Positions 1 through 13,879 of a stretch of DNA of 64,000 nt are shown here, piece after piece. Each line of letters starts with the position of its first letter. Position 1 is the stretch's first letter. The position numbers were made by a program, and so were the translations under genes. The stretch covers positions 33,604,001 through 33,668,000 of the forward strand of contig NC_047019.1 in assembly GCF_902652985.1 (NCBI RefSeq), given 5' to 3'. This DNA is from Pecten maximus (taxonomy: Eukaryota). The notes under the pieces are model-generated. The model was not told where the DNA came from and made no database searches. It worked only from the letters and a program-made list of their open reading frames with translations.

Positions 1-345
1 CAGAAATGTCACCTTCAGACATGCCACATACAGACATGTCATCTACAGACATGTCACCCACAGACATGTGACCTACAGACATGTGACCTACAGACATGTG
101 ACCTACAGACATGTGACCTACAGACATGTGACCTACAGACATGTGACCTACAGACATGTGACCTACAGACATGTCACCTACAGACATGTCAGTTACAGAC
201 CTGTCGCCTACAGACATGTGACCTACAGACATGTCAGCTACAGACATGTCAGCTACATACATGTCACCTACAGACATGTCACCTACAGAGATGTCAGCTA
301 CAGACATGTCACCCACAGACAAGTCACCCTCAGACAAGTTACCCA
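1..345. repeat. 15-bp satellite (CAGACATGTCACCTA)n, block 1
   Basis: Tandem 15-nt unit running off the window start. Confidence 0.97.
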
Positions 346-356
346 TCGGGTACGAT

Positions 357-357
<1 letters not shown>

Positions 358-396
<39 letters not shown>
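358..396. repeat. (CT)n microsatellite
   Basis: Seen directly. Confidence 0.95.
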
Positions 397-399
<3 letters not shown>

Positions 400-2061
400 A
401 ACAATTCATGGTACGGCATAGACGACAAGATAGATTCAGAGGAAGATAAACAGTACGATAGCCGACATAAAGGCTTCCTGTTAATAATTAATGCATTGAT
501 ATTAATTACCTAGGCACGTCAAATATTGACAAGATACATCAATAGAAATTGATCATTTAAATATATTTGCACTGGATCATTCCAATTTTGATAGAAAGGC
601 TTGATGCTATCTGTTTAAATTATCTACTAGGTACTCAAATATGTTCCATCGAGCTTACATTCGATACATCAAGCAGTTCCCTGGAGCTATTGTTTCCAAA
701 ACAAAGATTGATGTCTTCTATAATTCATGCTGCGGCTGTATTGATACAAAATTGTCACACGAGACCTACAGTATTTATTAATAGTAATTAATAGCAATTA
801 ATAACACCATGTAGTCTACATATATCAAACGAACGCCTGTAAATAGTAAATGACAAAACCTTTTCAAATAAATTTGATAATTAGATTTTATCATGATTTC
901 TATCTGAATGGTTGGATGAAGGCGAAGTGTGTAATTGAGTATGTACTACGTACATTATTGTCGGACGATTAGGACTTTTAATTAAAAATCTGGTGTAAGA
1001 ATAGATGATAACCTGCCAAATTGAACAAAATAAAACATTTGCGCCCTACAGACGTTAAGTTTAAATTTTCTTTCATTCTTTATTATTTAAGATTTCCAAA
1101 CTTTTGGTCCCTAGCATCATTGAAAGGTCCAGAGGAACGAATAAAACAGCAGTGTAACAAAGGTTTGTGATTATAATAAATGTTTACAGTGCATATTTTA
1201 CTAATTCACATCTAAATATACACTTAACTCTGGTTTTACTACTGTTAGTCTAATTTTTGTCTCTTTCCACAATCTTGATAAACAGCATTTCATATCTGTT
1301 TAGTATAAGGTATATGTACAGATCATTTAAAAGCAGTTAGTAATTAGTAATATCGCAATCAGAGTAAAATCAGTAGGAATGGAAAATATAAATAAAAATG
1401 TACATGAAATATCAGTAAACTGTGGTATACACAATAAAATGTACATAAAATATATCAGTTAACTGCGGTATACCGCGCACAGTAAAAGTGAAATGAAGTA
1501 TTCGTTAACTGTGATACAATTTCATTACCGAATTTTTTAGTATTGCTTGTGAAAAAACAAAGAAAAAATGATTTTAACATCATCTAAACCTATCGAATGG
1601 TGTGCAAATACATGTTTATCTCTCACGATGAATTAATAAAAATGAATTTATTTCATTCGCTTAGTACAATTTACGGGCTAAAAGTATAAGGTCCCCTTGT
1701 GACATCCAGTACACCCGTACTGCTGACACTATTACTGATGAGTCAGTCGATCAATGATATAGTCAAATGGATTTGTGTTATTGATGAGCAATTACCATTC
1801 TGCCAAACGCCTCAATCATCAGTGGACCTATTCCTAGTTTTTTTTCAATACGTACTGCAGGTGATATACAATTTTTACGAAAAACGAGTCTTTATGTATT
1901 TCTTCACTGTCGCAGGCGTGAAAAATACACAATTATCAAAGGTACACCATAGTTCTACCCATTCTTAACAAGCGAAATAATCGTTATTTCAATCCTTGAC
2001 ATCGCAATGATATAAGTAATGATCATAGAAACGTTTTTTAAGATTAATGACTTCTGATATT

Positions 2062-3474
2062 TACGGAAGAGCATTAGGGCCATGAAGCAAAAAAAATAAA
2101 TTCATTTTTTCGTGTTAATAACTCGAAATTTCGACTTAATAACTCGAAATTTCGAGATAATAACTCGAAATTTCGACTTAGTAACTCGAAATTTCGAGAT
2201 AATAACTCGAAATTTCGACTTAATAACTCGAAATTTCGACTTAATAACTCGAAATTTCGACTTAATAACTCGAAATTTCCAGATAATAACTCGAAATTTC
2301 GACTTAATAACTCGAAATTTCGAGATAATAACTCGAAATTTCGACTTAATAACTCGAAATTTCGAGATAATAATATTAGTTATGGAGATTGGTAATGCAC
2401 TAGATTTAGTGTCTTTATTCATCATTTGTGTTTCTATGTTAATCATAAGTATATTCAACACAATCTATCATATTCACTTAAAGGGGGATCTCACGAAAGC
2501 AAACTAATTTTACTTTTGGTTATTAAGACGAATTGGCTATAAATCATCCTGACCTAAACTGATAGAGAAGATGAAGTTGATTTCCCATTCTTGTGTGTAT
2601 ATATGTATGTGGGAGGCCACTTAAAAGGGGCCAAGAACTAAGAAGGCTTATAGTAAATTGATAGTGGAGGTAATAATGACTATAAGGAGGGGCCTTTCAT
2701 CTATGTTTTCAGTCTTAAACAAATCACGGAATTACAAGTACAGATGCTATCGAAGACTTTGATTAAATGAATTTAACAATTCTGCTTAAAACTTCATAAA
2801 AGTTGAAAGATGGTCACACATGTACCTGCATATACACGTCATAATGTGGTAACCTAGACGTTGAATAAATGAATCGCCTGAAGATGGCCGTTAGGCCTGA
2901 AAACGTTAACAAAACACAACAGTTGTCATGTTGAATTTATATTTTTCAACTATATATACATAAACATACAGTGCATTCCTCTTAATATCATGTCCTATTT
3001 GTCAGACAAAAACATGATATTTACAGTAGTGTGAAATTAAGAGAAACATGTTTTTTCACTAAATCTAGTGCATTACCAATCTCCATAACTAAAATTATTA
3101 TCTCGAAATTAATTTCGAGTCATTATCTCGAAATTTCGAGTTATTAAGTCGAAATTTCGAGTTATTATCTCGAAATTTCGAGTTAGTAAGTCGAAATTTC
3201 GAGTTATTATCTCGAAATTTCGAGCTAGTAAGTCGCAATTTTGAGTTATTATCTCGAAATTTCGAGTTAGTAAGTCGAAATTTCAAGTTATTATCTCGAA
3301 ATTTCGAGTTATTATCTATTATCTTTCGAGTTAGTAAGTCGAAATTTCGAGTTATTATCTCGAAATTTCGAGTTATTAAGTCGAAATTTCGAGTTATTAA
3401 GTCGAAATTTCGAGTTATTAACACGAAAAAATGAATTTATTTTTTTTGCTTCATGGCCCTAATGCTCTTCCGTA
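2062..3474. mobile_element. Non-autonomous foldback DNA transposon, IS3EU-like
   Basis: Termini TACGGAAGAGCATTAGGGCC...GGCCCTAATGCTCTTCCGTA; 6-bp TSD GATATT (2056-2061, 3475-3480); arms of about 350-420 bp contain 21-bp tandem units with the palindrome TCGAAATTTCGA. Confidence 0.85.
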
Positions 3475-3496
3475 GATATTTACCAGTGAAAGCAAT

Positions 3497-5635
3497 GGAT
3501 ATATCACCCACAGACATGTGACCTACAGACATGTCACCCACAGTCATGTCACTTACAGACATGTCACCTACAGACATGTCACCCACAGACATGTCATCTA
3601 CAGACATGTCACCCACAGACATGTGACCTACATACATGTCACCTACAGACATGTCACCCATAGACATGTCACCTACAGACATGTCACCTACAGACATGTG
3701 ACCTACAGACATGTCAGCTACAGACATGTCACCTACAGACATGTCACCTACAGACATGTCAGCTACAGACATGTCACCTACAGACATGTCAGCTACATAC
3801 ATGTCACCTACAGACATGTCACCCAAAAACATGTCAACTACAGACATGTGACCTACAGACATGTGACCTACAGACATGTCACCTACAGACATGTCACCTA
3901 CAGACGTGTCACCTACAGACATGTCAGCTACAGACATGTCAGCTACAGACATGTCACCCACAGATATGTCACCTACAGACTTGTCACCCACAGACATGTC
4001 AACTACAGACATGTGACCCACAGACATGTCACCTACAACGTGTGACCTACAGACATGTCACCTACAGACATGTCACCAACAAGCATGTCACCCACAGACA
4101 TGTCACCTACAGACATGTCACCTACTGACGTGTCACCTACAGACATGTCACCTACAGACATGCCACCTACAGACATGTCACCCACAGACATGTCACCCAC
4201 AGACCTGTCACCTACAGACATGCCACCTACAGACATGTCACTTACAGACATGTCACCCACAGACCTGTCACCTACATACATGCCACCTACAGACATGTCA
4301 CTTACAGACATGTCACCCACAGACATGTCAACCACAGACATGTCACCAACAGACATATCACCAACAGACATGTTACCCACAGACATGTTACCCACAGACA
4401 TGTCACCTACACACAATGTCACCTACAGGCATGTCACCTACAGACATGTCACCTACAGACCTGTCACCTACAGACATGCCACCTACAGACATCTCACCCA
4501 CAGACATGTCACCAACAGACATGTCACCCACAGACATGTCACCTACAGACATGTCACCCACAGACATGTCACCTACAGACATGTCACCCACAGACATGTC
4601 ACCTACAGATATGTTACCAACAGACATGTCACCTACAGACATGTCAGCTACAGACATTTTACACACAGATATGTTACCTACAGACATGTCACCCACAGAC
4701 CTGTCACCTACAGACATGTCACCCACAGACCGGTCACCTACAGACATGTCACCTACAGACATGTCACCTACAGACATGCCACCTACAGACATGTCACCCA
4801 CAGACATGTCACCTACATACATGTCACCTACAGACATGTCACCCACAGACATGTTACCCTCAGACATGTCACGAACAGGCATGTCACCTACAGGCATGTC
4901 ACGAACAGGCATGTCACCTACAGGCATGTCACGAACAGGCATGTCACCTACAGGCATGTCACGAACAGGCATGTCACCTACAGACATGTCACCTACACAC
5001 AATGTCACCTACAGGCATGTCAGCTACAGACAGGTCTCCTACAGACATGTCACCTACAGACATGTCACCTACAGACATGTCACCTACAGACATGTCACCC
5101 ACAGACATGTCACCTACAGACATGTCACGTACAGACATGTCAGCTACAGACATGTCACCTACAGACATGTCACCCACATACATGTCACGAACAGACATGT
5201 CACCTACAGACATGTCACCTACAGACATGTCACCTACAGACATGTCACCCACAGACATGTCACCTACATACATGTCACCTACACACAATGTCACCTACAA
5301 ACATGTCAGCTACAGACATGTCGCCCACATACATGTCATCAACATGCATGTCACCAACAGGCATGTCACCTAGACATGTCACCCACAGACATGTCACCTA
5401 CATACATGTCACATACACACAATGTCACCTACAGACATGTCACCTACAGATATGTCACCCACGGACATTTCATCCACAGACATGTCACCTACAGACATGT
5501 CACCTACAGAAATGTCACCCACAGACATGTCACCTACAGACATGTCAGCTACAGACATGTCACCTACAGACATGTCACCTACAGACATGTCACCCACAGA
5601 CATGTCACCTACAGACATGTCACCTACAGTCATGT
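3497..5635. repeat. 15-bp satellite, block 2 (about 140 units)
   Basis: Same unit as 1-345. Confidence 0.97.
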
Positions 5636-6282
5636 CGGCCATATGATAAAATGATTGACAGAATTGCATTTTCTCACTGTTTTTAATCCATGATCTCGCT
5701 CTATCTCTCATATGGAAGTGTGTTATTATAAGTGTAAGTGTTTAACCAGTCAGCACGAGGCTTGCCGAGTTACAGACCGATTTTTGATTATTTTTCTCAC
5801 ATAATTGCAGGCAAATGTAAGTTTTTATGTAAGTAAAACGGTGGCGTTACGTTACTGTGAGCAGCGTCCTATAACGCGTGCCAGCTGTCTTGACCCCCTG
5901 TGTGAGATCATTTTTCATTTGCAACCGCGAAATAGTCATGCGAGATGTATGAGCAATAGAGAATATCAACAATATCTGTTTATTACATTTTATAGCAAAA
6001 TATACTGAAGCTTCTCAATCCCTCCCAGAATTCATTACGGTCATCTGTCAACGGATCACAAATGTACCCCAAATCATGACGTTATGTATACTATCTTCCA
6101 TTATGAGGACGTATTACATGGCGGAGAGCTATATGAAAATCTTAATTTTCCCAATTGTCGTTTGTAAGCAGTGTTCTGATCGGTCAAATAAAAAAAAGTG
6201 ATATTCTGCTAGTAAAAAAAAATTTACTTTTATAGAATGAATAATTTTCGATGTTTAACCGGTAAAGATAAAATAAATCCTC

Positions 6283-9200
6283 ACCCCACTTAGTCCTCTA
6301 CTACACATGGAATTGTCGTCATCATCCCCACTTAGTCCTCCACTAAACATGGAAGTGTTATATTAATCCCCACTTAGTCCTCCACTACACATGGAAGTGT
6401 TATCATCATCCCCACTTAGTCCTCCACTACACATGGAATTGTTATCATCACCCCCACTTAGTCCTCCACTACACATGGACGTGTCATCATCACCCCCACT
6501 TAGTCCTCCACTACACATGGAATTGTCATCATCACCCCCACTTAGTCCTCCACTACACATGGACGTGTCATCATCACCCCCACTTAGTCCTCCACTACAC
6601 ATGGAATTGTTATCATCACCCCCACTTAGTCCTCCACTACACATGGACGTGTCATCATCACCCCCACTTAGTCCTCCACTACACATGGACGTGTCATCAT
6701 CACCCCCACTTAGTCCTCCACTACACATGGACGTGTCATCATCACCCCCACTTAGTCCTCCACTACACATGGACGTGTCATCATCACCCCCACTTAGTCC
6801 TCCACTACACATGGAATTGTTATCATCACCCCCACTTAGTCCTCCACTACACATGGACGTGTCATCATCACCCCCACTTAGTCCTCCACTACACATGGAA
6901 TTGTTATCATCACCCCCACTTAGTCCTCCACTACACATGGACGTGTCATCATCACCCCCACTTAGTCCTCCACTACACATGGACGTGTCATCATCACCCC
7001 CACTTAGTCCTCCACTACACATGGAATTGTTATCATCACCCCCACTTAGTCCTCCACTACACATGGACGTGTTATCATCACCCCCACTTAGTCCTCCACT
7101 ACACATGGAAGTGTTATCATCACCCCCACTTAGTCCTCCACTACACATGGACGTGTCATCATCACCCCCACTTAGTCCTCCACTACACATGGACGTGTCA
7201 TCATCACCCCCACTTAGTCCTCCACTACACATGGAATTGTCATCATCACCCCCACTTAGTCCTCCACTACACATGGACGTGTCATCATCACCCCCACTTA
7301 GTCCTCCACTACACATGAAGTGTTATCATCATCCCCACTTAGTCCTCCACTACACATGGAATTGTCATCATCATCCCCACTTAGTCCTCCACTACACATG
7401 GACGTGTCATCATCATCCCCACTTAGTCCTCCACTACACATGGACGTGTCATCATCACCCCCACTTAGTCCTCCACTACACATGGACGTGTCATCATCAC
7501 CCCCACTTAGTCCTCCACTACACATGGACGTGTCATCATCACCCCCACTTAGTCCTCCACTACACATGGACGTGTCATCATCACCCCCACTTAGTCCTCC
7601 ACTACACATGGACGTGTCATCATCACCCCCACTTAGTCCTCCACTACACATGGACGTGTCATCATCACCCCCACTTAGTCCTCCACTACACATGGACGTG
7701 TCATCATCACCCCCACCACAGTAAGACAGCCTGGCCATGGCAATTTTTTTGTTAAGCAAATAACTACTGTATTATGATATGCATAAAAAATGAAAAAATA
7801 AATGTACACTATAATTGGTATATTCAGTATGAAGTAGTACATACAGGCTTCACATTTATTAAAACAAAAATCAATAAATTGGTTCCGGATTTTAAATATC
7901 CGGATTTTCCGAACGTGTGTTTACACAGGAAATTTAGTTTTGCCTACAGCGCAAAATGGCAGCCCACAGAAAAGGTAAGATAGCGGAAAAACTTAATTTA
8001 CAACATATGTCCAAACAAGATTAATTCTGTCTTTGGGATAGAGATATTTAATTTTAAATAGGTTTCAGAAAAAAAATTGTGTAGAGAATTGTGCCATTTT
8101 GGGTCAAATATCATAATATTTTGCAATTTTTGAGAATTTTTTAAGCTGTTACCATGGTATTCACAGCTCTAAAAATCACAGAAAATATCAGTTTACTTAT
8201 CCTTCAGAGCTCTATTAAAATTGCAAATGTTGTACAGATTTCAAATATATATACTTTATTGGAGGTTATATGTAAGGTTAACTGGCAATGTTTACATATC
8301 TAAAACATGTGCCATATTTTTCAGAATTTGGCATTTTTACTGTACACTGCTACCTTAGTCCTCCACTACACATGGACGTGTCTTCGTCACCCCCACTTAG
8401 TCCTCCACTACACATGGAAGTGTTATCATCATCCCCACTTAGTCCTCCACTACACATGGACGTGTCATCATCATCCCCACTTAGTCCTCCACTACACATG
8501 GACGTGTCATCATCACCCCCACTTAGTCCTCCACTACACATGGACGTGTCATCATCACCCCCACTTAGTCCTCCACTACACATGGACGTGTCATCATCAC
8601 CCCCACTTAGTCCTCCACTACACATGGAAGTGTTATCATCATCCCCACTTAGTCCTCCACTACACATGGACGTGTCATCATCACCCCCACTTAGTCCTCC
8701 ACTACACATGGACTTGTCATCATCACCCCCACTTAGTCCTCCACTACACATGGACGTGTCATCATCACCCCCACTTAGTCCTCCACTACACATGGAAGTG
8801 TTATCATCATCCCCACTTAGTCCTCCACTACACATGGACGTGTCATCGTCACCCCCACTTAGTCCTCCACTACACATGGACGTGTCATCGTCACCCCCAC
8901 TTAGTCCTCCACTACACATGGACGTGTCATCATCACCCCCACTTTTTTTTTTTTTTTTTTTTTCGTACTCAGAGTTGGCTCATATATTCACATCTTTGGT
9001 AACTCCATCAATACAAATAATAAATAATAATACTTTTTTTTTTAAATAGATAAACCTTGCGAGGTGCGTGTTAGTATTTATTAGTTCGTGACGTTAATTG
9101 TCTAAAATGTCTGTAACTGCATAGGTGCTATATTTTTTCATCTGACATCTAAGTATCTGGTGCTATTTAGAGCACCGAGCCATTTCATCATCGTACAATA

Positions 9201-10170
9201 ATTATTAATAATATTATTATTTCTTCTTCTTTTTTTTCATTCATCATATTCTTTTTCTTTTAATATTTCTTGATTTAATTTACACTCTTAACTAGTATAC
9301 TCTGCCGCTCTCTTTCATACACACATGTTTTATATATATAAACAACAGTAAAGTGTCACTTTCTTTTCTCTCTTTCAGGACATCTTCATGCGTTCTCTTT
9401 CACACTCACTCGGTTAAATTTACGTGTTGTTAATTTTGATGATTTTGTTAGTAATAATTTTAATAATATTGAAATCTAGAAACAAACAAAAAAGAAGAAA
9501 GGCGAACAAAGATTTTTCAAGCGGTTGGGGAGCCCTCCACTACACATGGACGTGTCATCATCACCCCCACTTAGTCCTTCACTACACATGGAAGTGTTAT
9601 CATCATCCCCACTTAGTCCTCCACTACACATGGAAGTGTTATATTAATCCCCACTTAGTCCTCCACTACACATGGGCGTGTCATCGTCACCCCCACTTAG
9701 TCCTCCACTACACATGGACGTGTTATCATCACCTCCACTTAGTCCTCCACTACACATGAAGTGTTATCATCCCCACTTAGTCTCCCACCACACATGAAGT
9801 GTTATCATCCCAACTTAGTCCTCCACTACACATGGAATTGTTATCATCACCCCCACTTAGTCCTCCACTACACATGGAATCATCACCCCCACTTAGTCCT
9901 CCACTACACATGGAATCATCACCCCCACTTAGTCCTCTACTACACATGGAATCATCACCCCCACTTAGTCCTCCACTACACATGGAATCATCACCCCCAC
10001 TTAGTCCTCCACTACACATGGAATCATCACCCCCACTTAGTCCTCCACTACACATGAAGTGTTATCATCCCCACTTAGTCTTCCACCACACATGGACGTG
10101 TTATCATCCCAACTTAGTCTTCCACCACACATGGACGTGTTATCATCCTCACTAAGTACTCCGCTACACA
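6283..10170. repeat. 42-bp satellite (CCCCACTTAGTCCTCCACTACACATGGACGTGTCATCATCAC) in three blocks: 6283-7715, 8353-8942, 9533-10170
   Basis: 42-nt tandem period; shortened 36-39 bp variants in the last block; two unrelated inserts separate the blocks. Confidence 0.96.
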
Positions 10171-13009
10171 CTGATTTTATACTTGTTAACTATAATTTGC
10201 GTTTATTAGCTTTTGAGGGTATAAGCGTTAAAACCATTCAAGCCTAATCATAGAAATTTAGAGATAAAAGATATATGTATGGAAATAAATTGATGTGCAT
10301 GGAATGCCTAGGCATCACGGAATTAAATTTGAAAGTTGACACGGATAAGATTTATCAGGAAACGGTTTTGTTCTGCATTGCACAATTGATACACAATATC
10401 ATTTTTATCACAAAACTATGATAAACAACGTATTGTACATGTACGTTAGACTCACAATATCATTTCTATCACTTATCACTATAAAACTATTATAATTTTA
10501 CCTAGTTTACATATTCTACGAATAGTGTAGCACTTTTTGTAGATATATAAATGTAAGGTGTCATCTAAATTGAATTCTTTTGTCAAACCGTGCAGGTGAG
10601 ACAATGCAACGTTCCTATGATATAAACCAAAATGTTACCGTTCATATACTACAGTATCTACGACCTCGTTAGATTGAACTTTTGTAAAAACAATTGATAC
10701 GGTAATACTTATTTTCAAAAATGATGTATTTTCCAGAATATGTCATTCCATAACGAAAGAAAATTAAACGTTGTTGATGATAATCATACATCTTTGTTGA
10801 CAGAATAGATATACTTTTTTTTTTACTGCAAATCATAAAAAACCTACTGGTACAGCCGGACCATGTCGCACGTAATTTGTCTCAGGAAAAATGTAATGAC
10901 AAGGTGTAATGTTATTGAATCTTAAGGTGTGCTGGTCGGTTTGATGACGTATTGTACGCATCTCAAACAATTCTTGGTACACTCCTGTAATCTAACCGCT
11001 TTCAGTTCTGCATTTTAACGTTGTTATTGTAATTTGATTACATCTATTCACTAAAGATAAGACAGAATAGTGGGGAATTACTGAGAATACATTCTACTCA
11101 CATCTTCACTGTCCAAGCTATTGAGAGATTCAATGGCTGCTGACGATCTTGGTCACTATATAGAAATTATGATTGTGCAATGTTATATTTTCTTTTCTAA
11201 ATACAAAATGTATGACTTTTTCTGTCGTTTTGAAAGACAATACATAAATTTTCATCTCATACAAACGTCTGCTTGCATTATATTCTTTACAGTTTATTTT
11301 GTATCGCATACTAAAATATCAAAATATTATAAAACGTATGCATGTACATTTACATCCATTCTAAATAGGTAACAAAACGCAAAAAACACAAAATGTTATG
11401 TATAAGCCTAAATACTTTCAGTTTAAAAATTTTATCAAAAAATAACATTCTAAATAAAGGAACTAGAAATCAAAATTCTCTAACACAATTAAAAAATAAA
11501 ACATCGGTGATTTTATTGTTCATCTGTTGGAATAACACGAGACTGCGTTAATGATATTAACGTCAACCTTGCCGGAATGTAACAGTTATTACGATGACCT
11601 AATTCTGATGACTACAGTGTGCCTTGTTGTGTATCACCCACATACACAAGACATGCTACAGACCATGACTTACGTCATATCAACGTCCAGACTCGTTCAG
11701 CCAATACACGACCAGCAGAGAACAAACAATTTACTTGTGTGGTTCAAATGACCAGGTATTTGATGATAATACATGTTATATATATTATACTATGATATAC
11801 AGGCATTGCCATCAGGTTTGTCCAGTTATAGGAGTGAAGTGACACGAGGGAAAAGAATATGATTGAAACCCTCGCAATGTTTTGTGTGTGTGTTGTTATC
11901 AGTAAGAAAGTTTAATGTGATTTATGTATAAAAACTAAGGTCGTTTATAGGGAACAACCAACCAATTGAAAAAAAATACTTTTGAACGTCTGTCAGCCAA
12001 TATGTTATGAACAAACAAAATATATATGTAGCCTGATAGGTAACTATCCATAAGAAATGTTGATATAAATTTCGTAAGTCCGATTGGATTTTTTTCCCAA
12101 AAGTTCAGGTAATAATAATTAACAGGTAAACATTTAAGATTTTTGAGAATTTTCCTGCGAAATTCACCCATTTTCAAATGGAAAAAAATTGGAGCTCAAG
12201 GACCCAACCTTTTTTTTTGATAACGTGTTATATGAGACCCTAAACTTTTGTTATAAACCATAATTGCCCTCTTAACACTAAAGTTTATGGAAAAAGAATT
12301 GGTTGGTTGGTCTCTATATACAGTAGTAGTTTACTTGTTTGTACTTGGGAACCTCTGCTACTACCTAATTCTTATTTTCCATCTGTTGGAGATATCAATA
12401 TATATAAAGACCGGTCCTACAGAAGGTTACAGGTTTGTCGGGGATAACGATATCTTAATGACGTACTAGATGTATGTAGGTATGAAATGGAGCAAATTTT
12501 GGTTCCGCGGAATCAAATGTGCATGTTTTGTTTTGATATAAGCCCAAACAATATGCGCGTATGAATTAATATGTTTCGTAAATCTAAATCAAGTTTGTGA
12601 TTGTCTTGGGGATAGATATTCACTTTTACTTATTAAGGTAAAAACTGATATACAATCAGTTATACGCGGTTTATATACAATAAACTTCATAAAAGATATC
12701 ACAGAAGTAAGAAGCTTGAAGAAATTTATATATATATGTTCAATCAGTACATATATTTCGGTTTATTTAACGATTATTTAACTTTTTCAACCAATTAAAT
12801 AGAAAAAACAGTTATCAATTTCAAGCAAACGGACATGCTATGTTTATCATCAGAGTAGCGTCATGTACTATTTTGACGTTGTATATGTTGGAAACGTGGA
12901 GGAAACAAAGACATGCATGGCAGTGAGTTTTATAATTTAGAAATAAATGAAAAACTCGTCAGGTATTGTTCATCATTAATACATAAACATATTGAATATT
13001 GATAGAAAC

Positions 13010-13265
13010 TCAATCTGTCTAATAACAAGCAAATCTTTATGAAAGTATTCATTAAAGCTACACGTGTCTTATGACAGGTAAATCTTTATAAAAGTGTTGA
13101 TTAGATCTCAACGTGTCTTATAACAGGCGAATATTTATGAAAAGTATTGATTAGAGATACACGCGTCTTATGACAGGTAAACAAATATGAAAAGTGTTGT
13201 TTAGACCACAACGTTCCTTTGACAGGTAAATCTTTTAAAACATATTGATAAGAACTCCGCGTGCC
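13010..13265. repeat. Degenerate 49-bp minisatellite
   Basis: AAATCTTT recurs at 13031 and 13080; unit ACAGGTAAATCTTTATAAAAGTGTTGATTAGATCTCAACGTGTCTTAT(G/A). Confidence 0.8.
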
Positions 13266-13879
13266 CTAAGACAACGCCGACAAAACCGCGATGTGGTACT
13301 GTCATACATCATAGAGACATCCAAGAGATGGAGTCGTATGACTATCAGTGTAGCATGTGAAAATAATATAACACCGATAGTTTGTCGATATATGTATTAT
13401 TATTACATATTACCTGATGATGCATGACATGCTAGCAAGAATTGTATGACTTTATTTATTTCAGATCATAGGTAATGTATAGCTGTATGGTTTAAATATT
13501 TCAAATCAATATATACATATATTGTATTTTCAGCAGCAAACCACATGTAAACATCTATTCCATATATATATCACATAGTAAACTGTGTACAAATTGTGCT
13601 ACATTCTTATCAATCTAATTGATATTATATTACATGACAAAATATCATTATATAATACTGATACCGTCATACGTTAATAAACATTTTTATCATAGTGAAC
13701 AGTTAAATTAGTTATATGAATGCTATCTTAATTATTAATTAGATAATTACATATTTATCATATTGTTTTGCATTATAATACATCTGTTGTACTATTATGA
13801 TATAAACCTGTACCAATAAAAAGTCTACTCGCCAATGTGTCTTGTGACATAATGATAATAAAGATGTGACTCTGATGTG

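Noticed and set aside
2102-3424. ORFs with ITRNFD or KFRVI heptads
   Set aside because: They are the 21-bp arrays in the transposon arms
68-5711. Long ORFs with YRHVT, MSPTD or MSVGD pentapeptide repeats (up to 543 aa)
   Set aside because: Translations of a stop-free 15-bp satellite in several frames and on both strands; no unique coding sequence
6363-10247. Extensin-like (SPPLSPPLHM) and Gly/Asp-rich ORFs that could pass as shell-matrix proteins
   Set aside because: 42-bp satellite open in several frames, with frameshifting unit variants and transposon interruptions; no signal peptide or splice context
11590-11760. Possible orphan exon ending CAG|gtattt
   Set aside because: No acceptor, partner exon or recognisable motif
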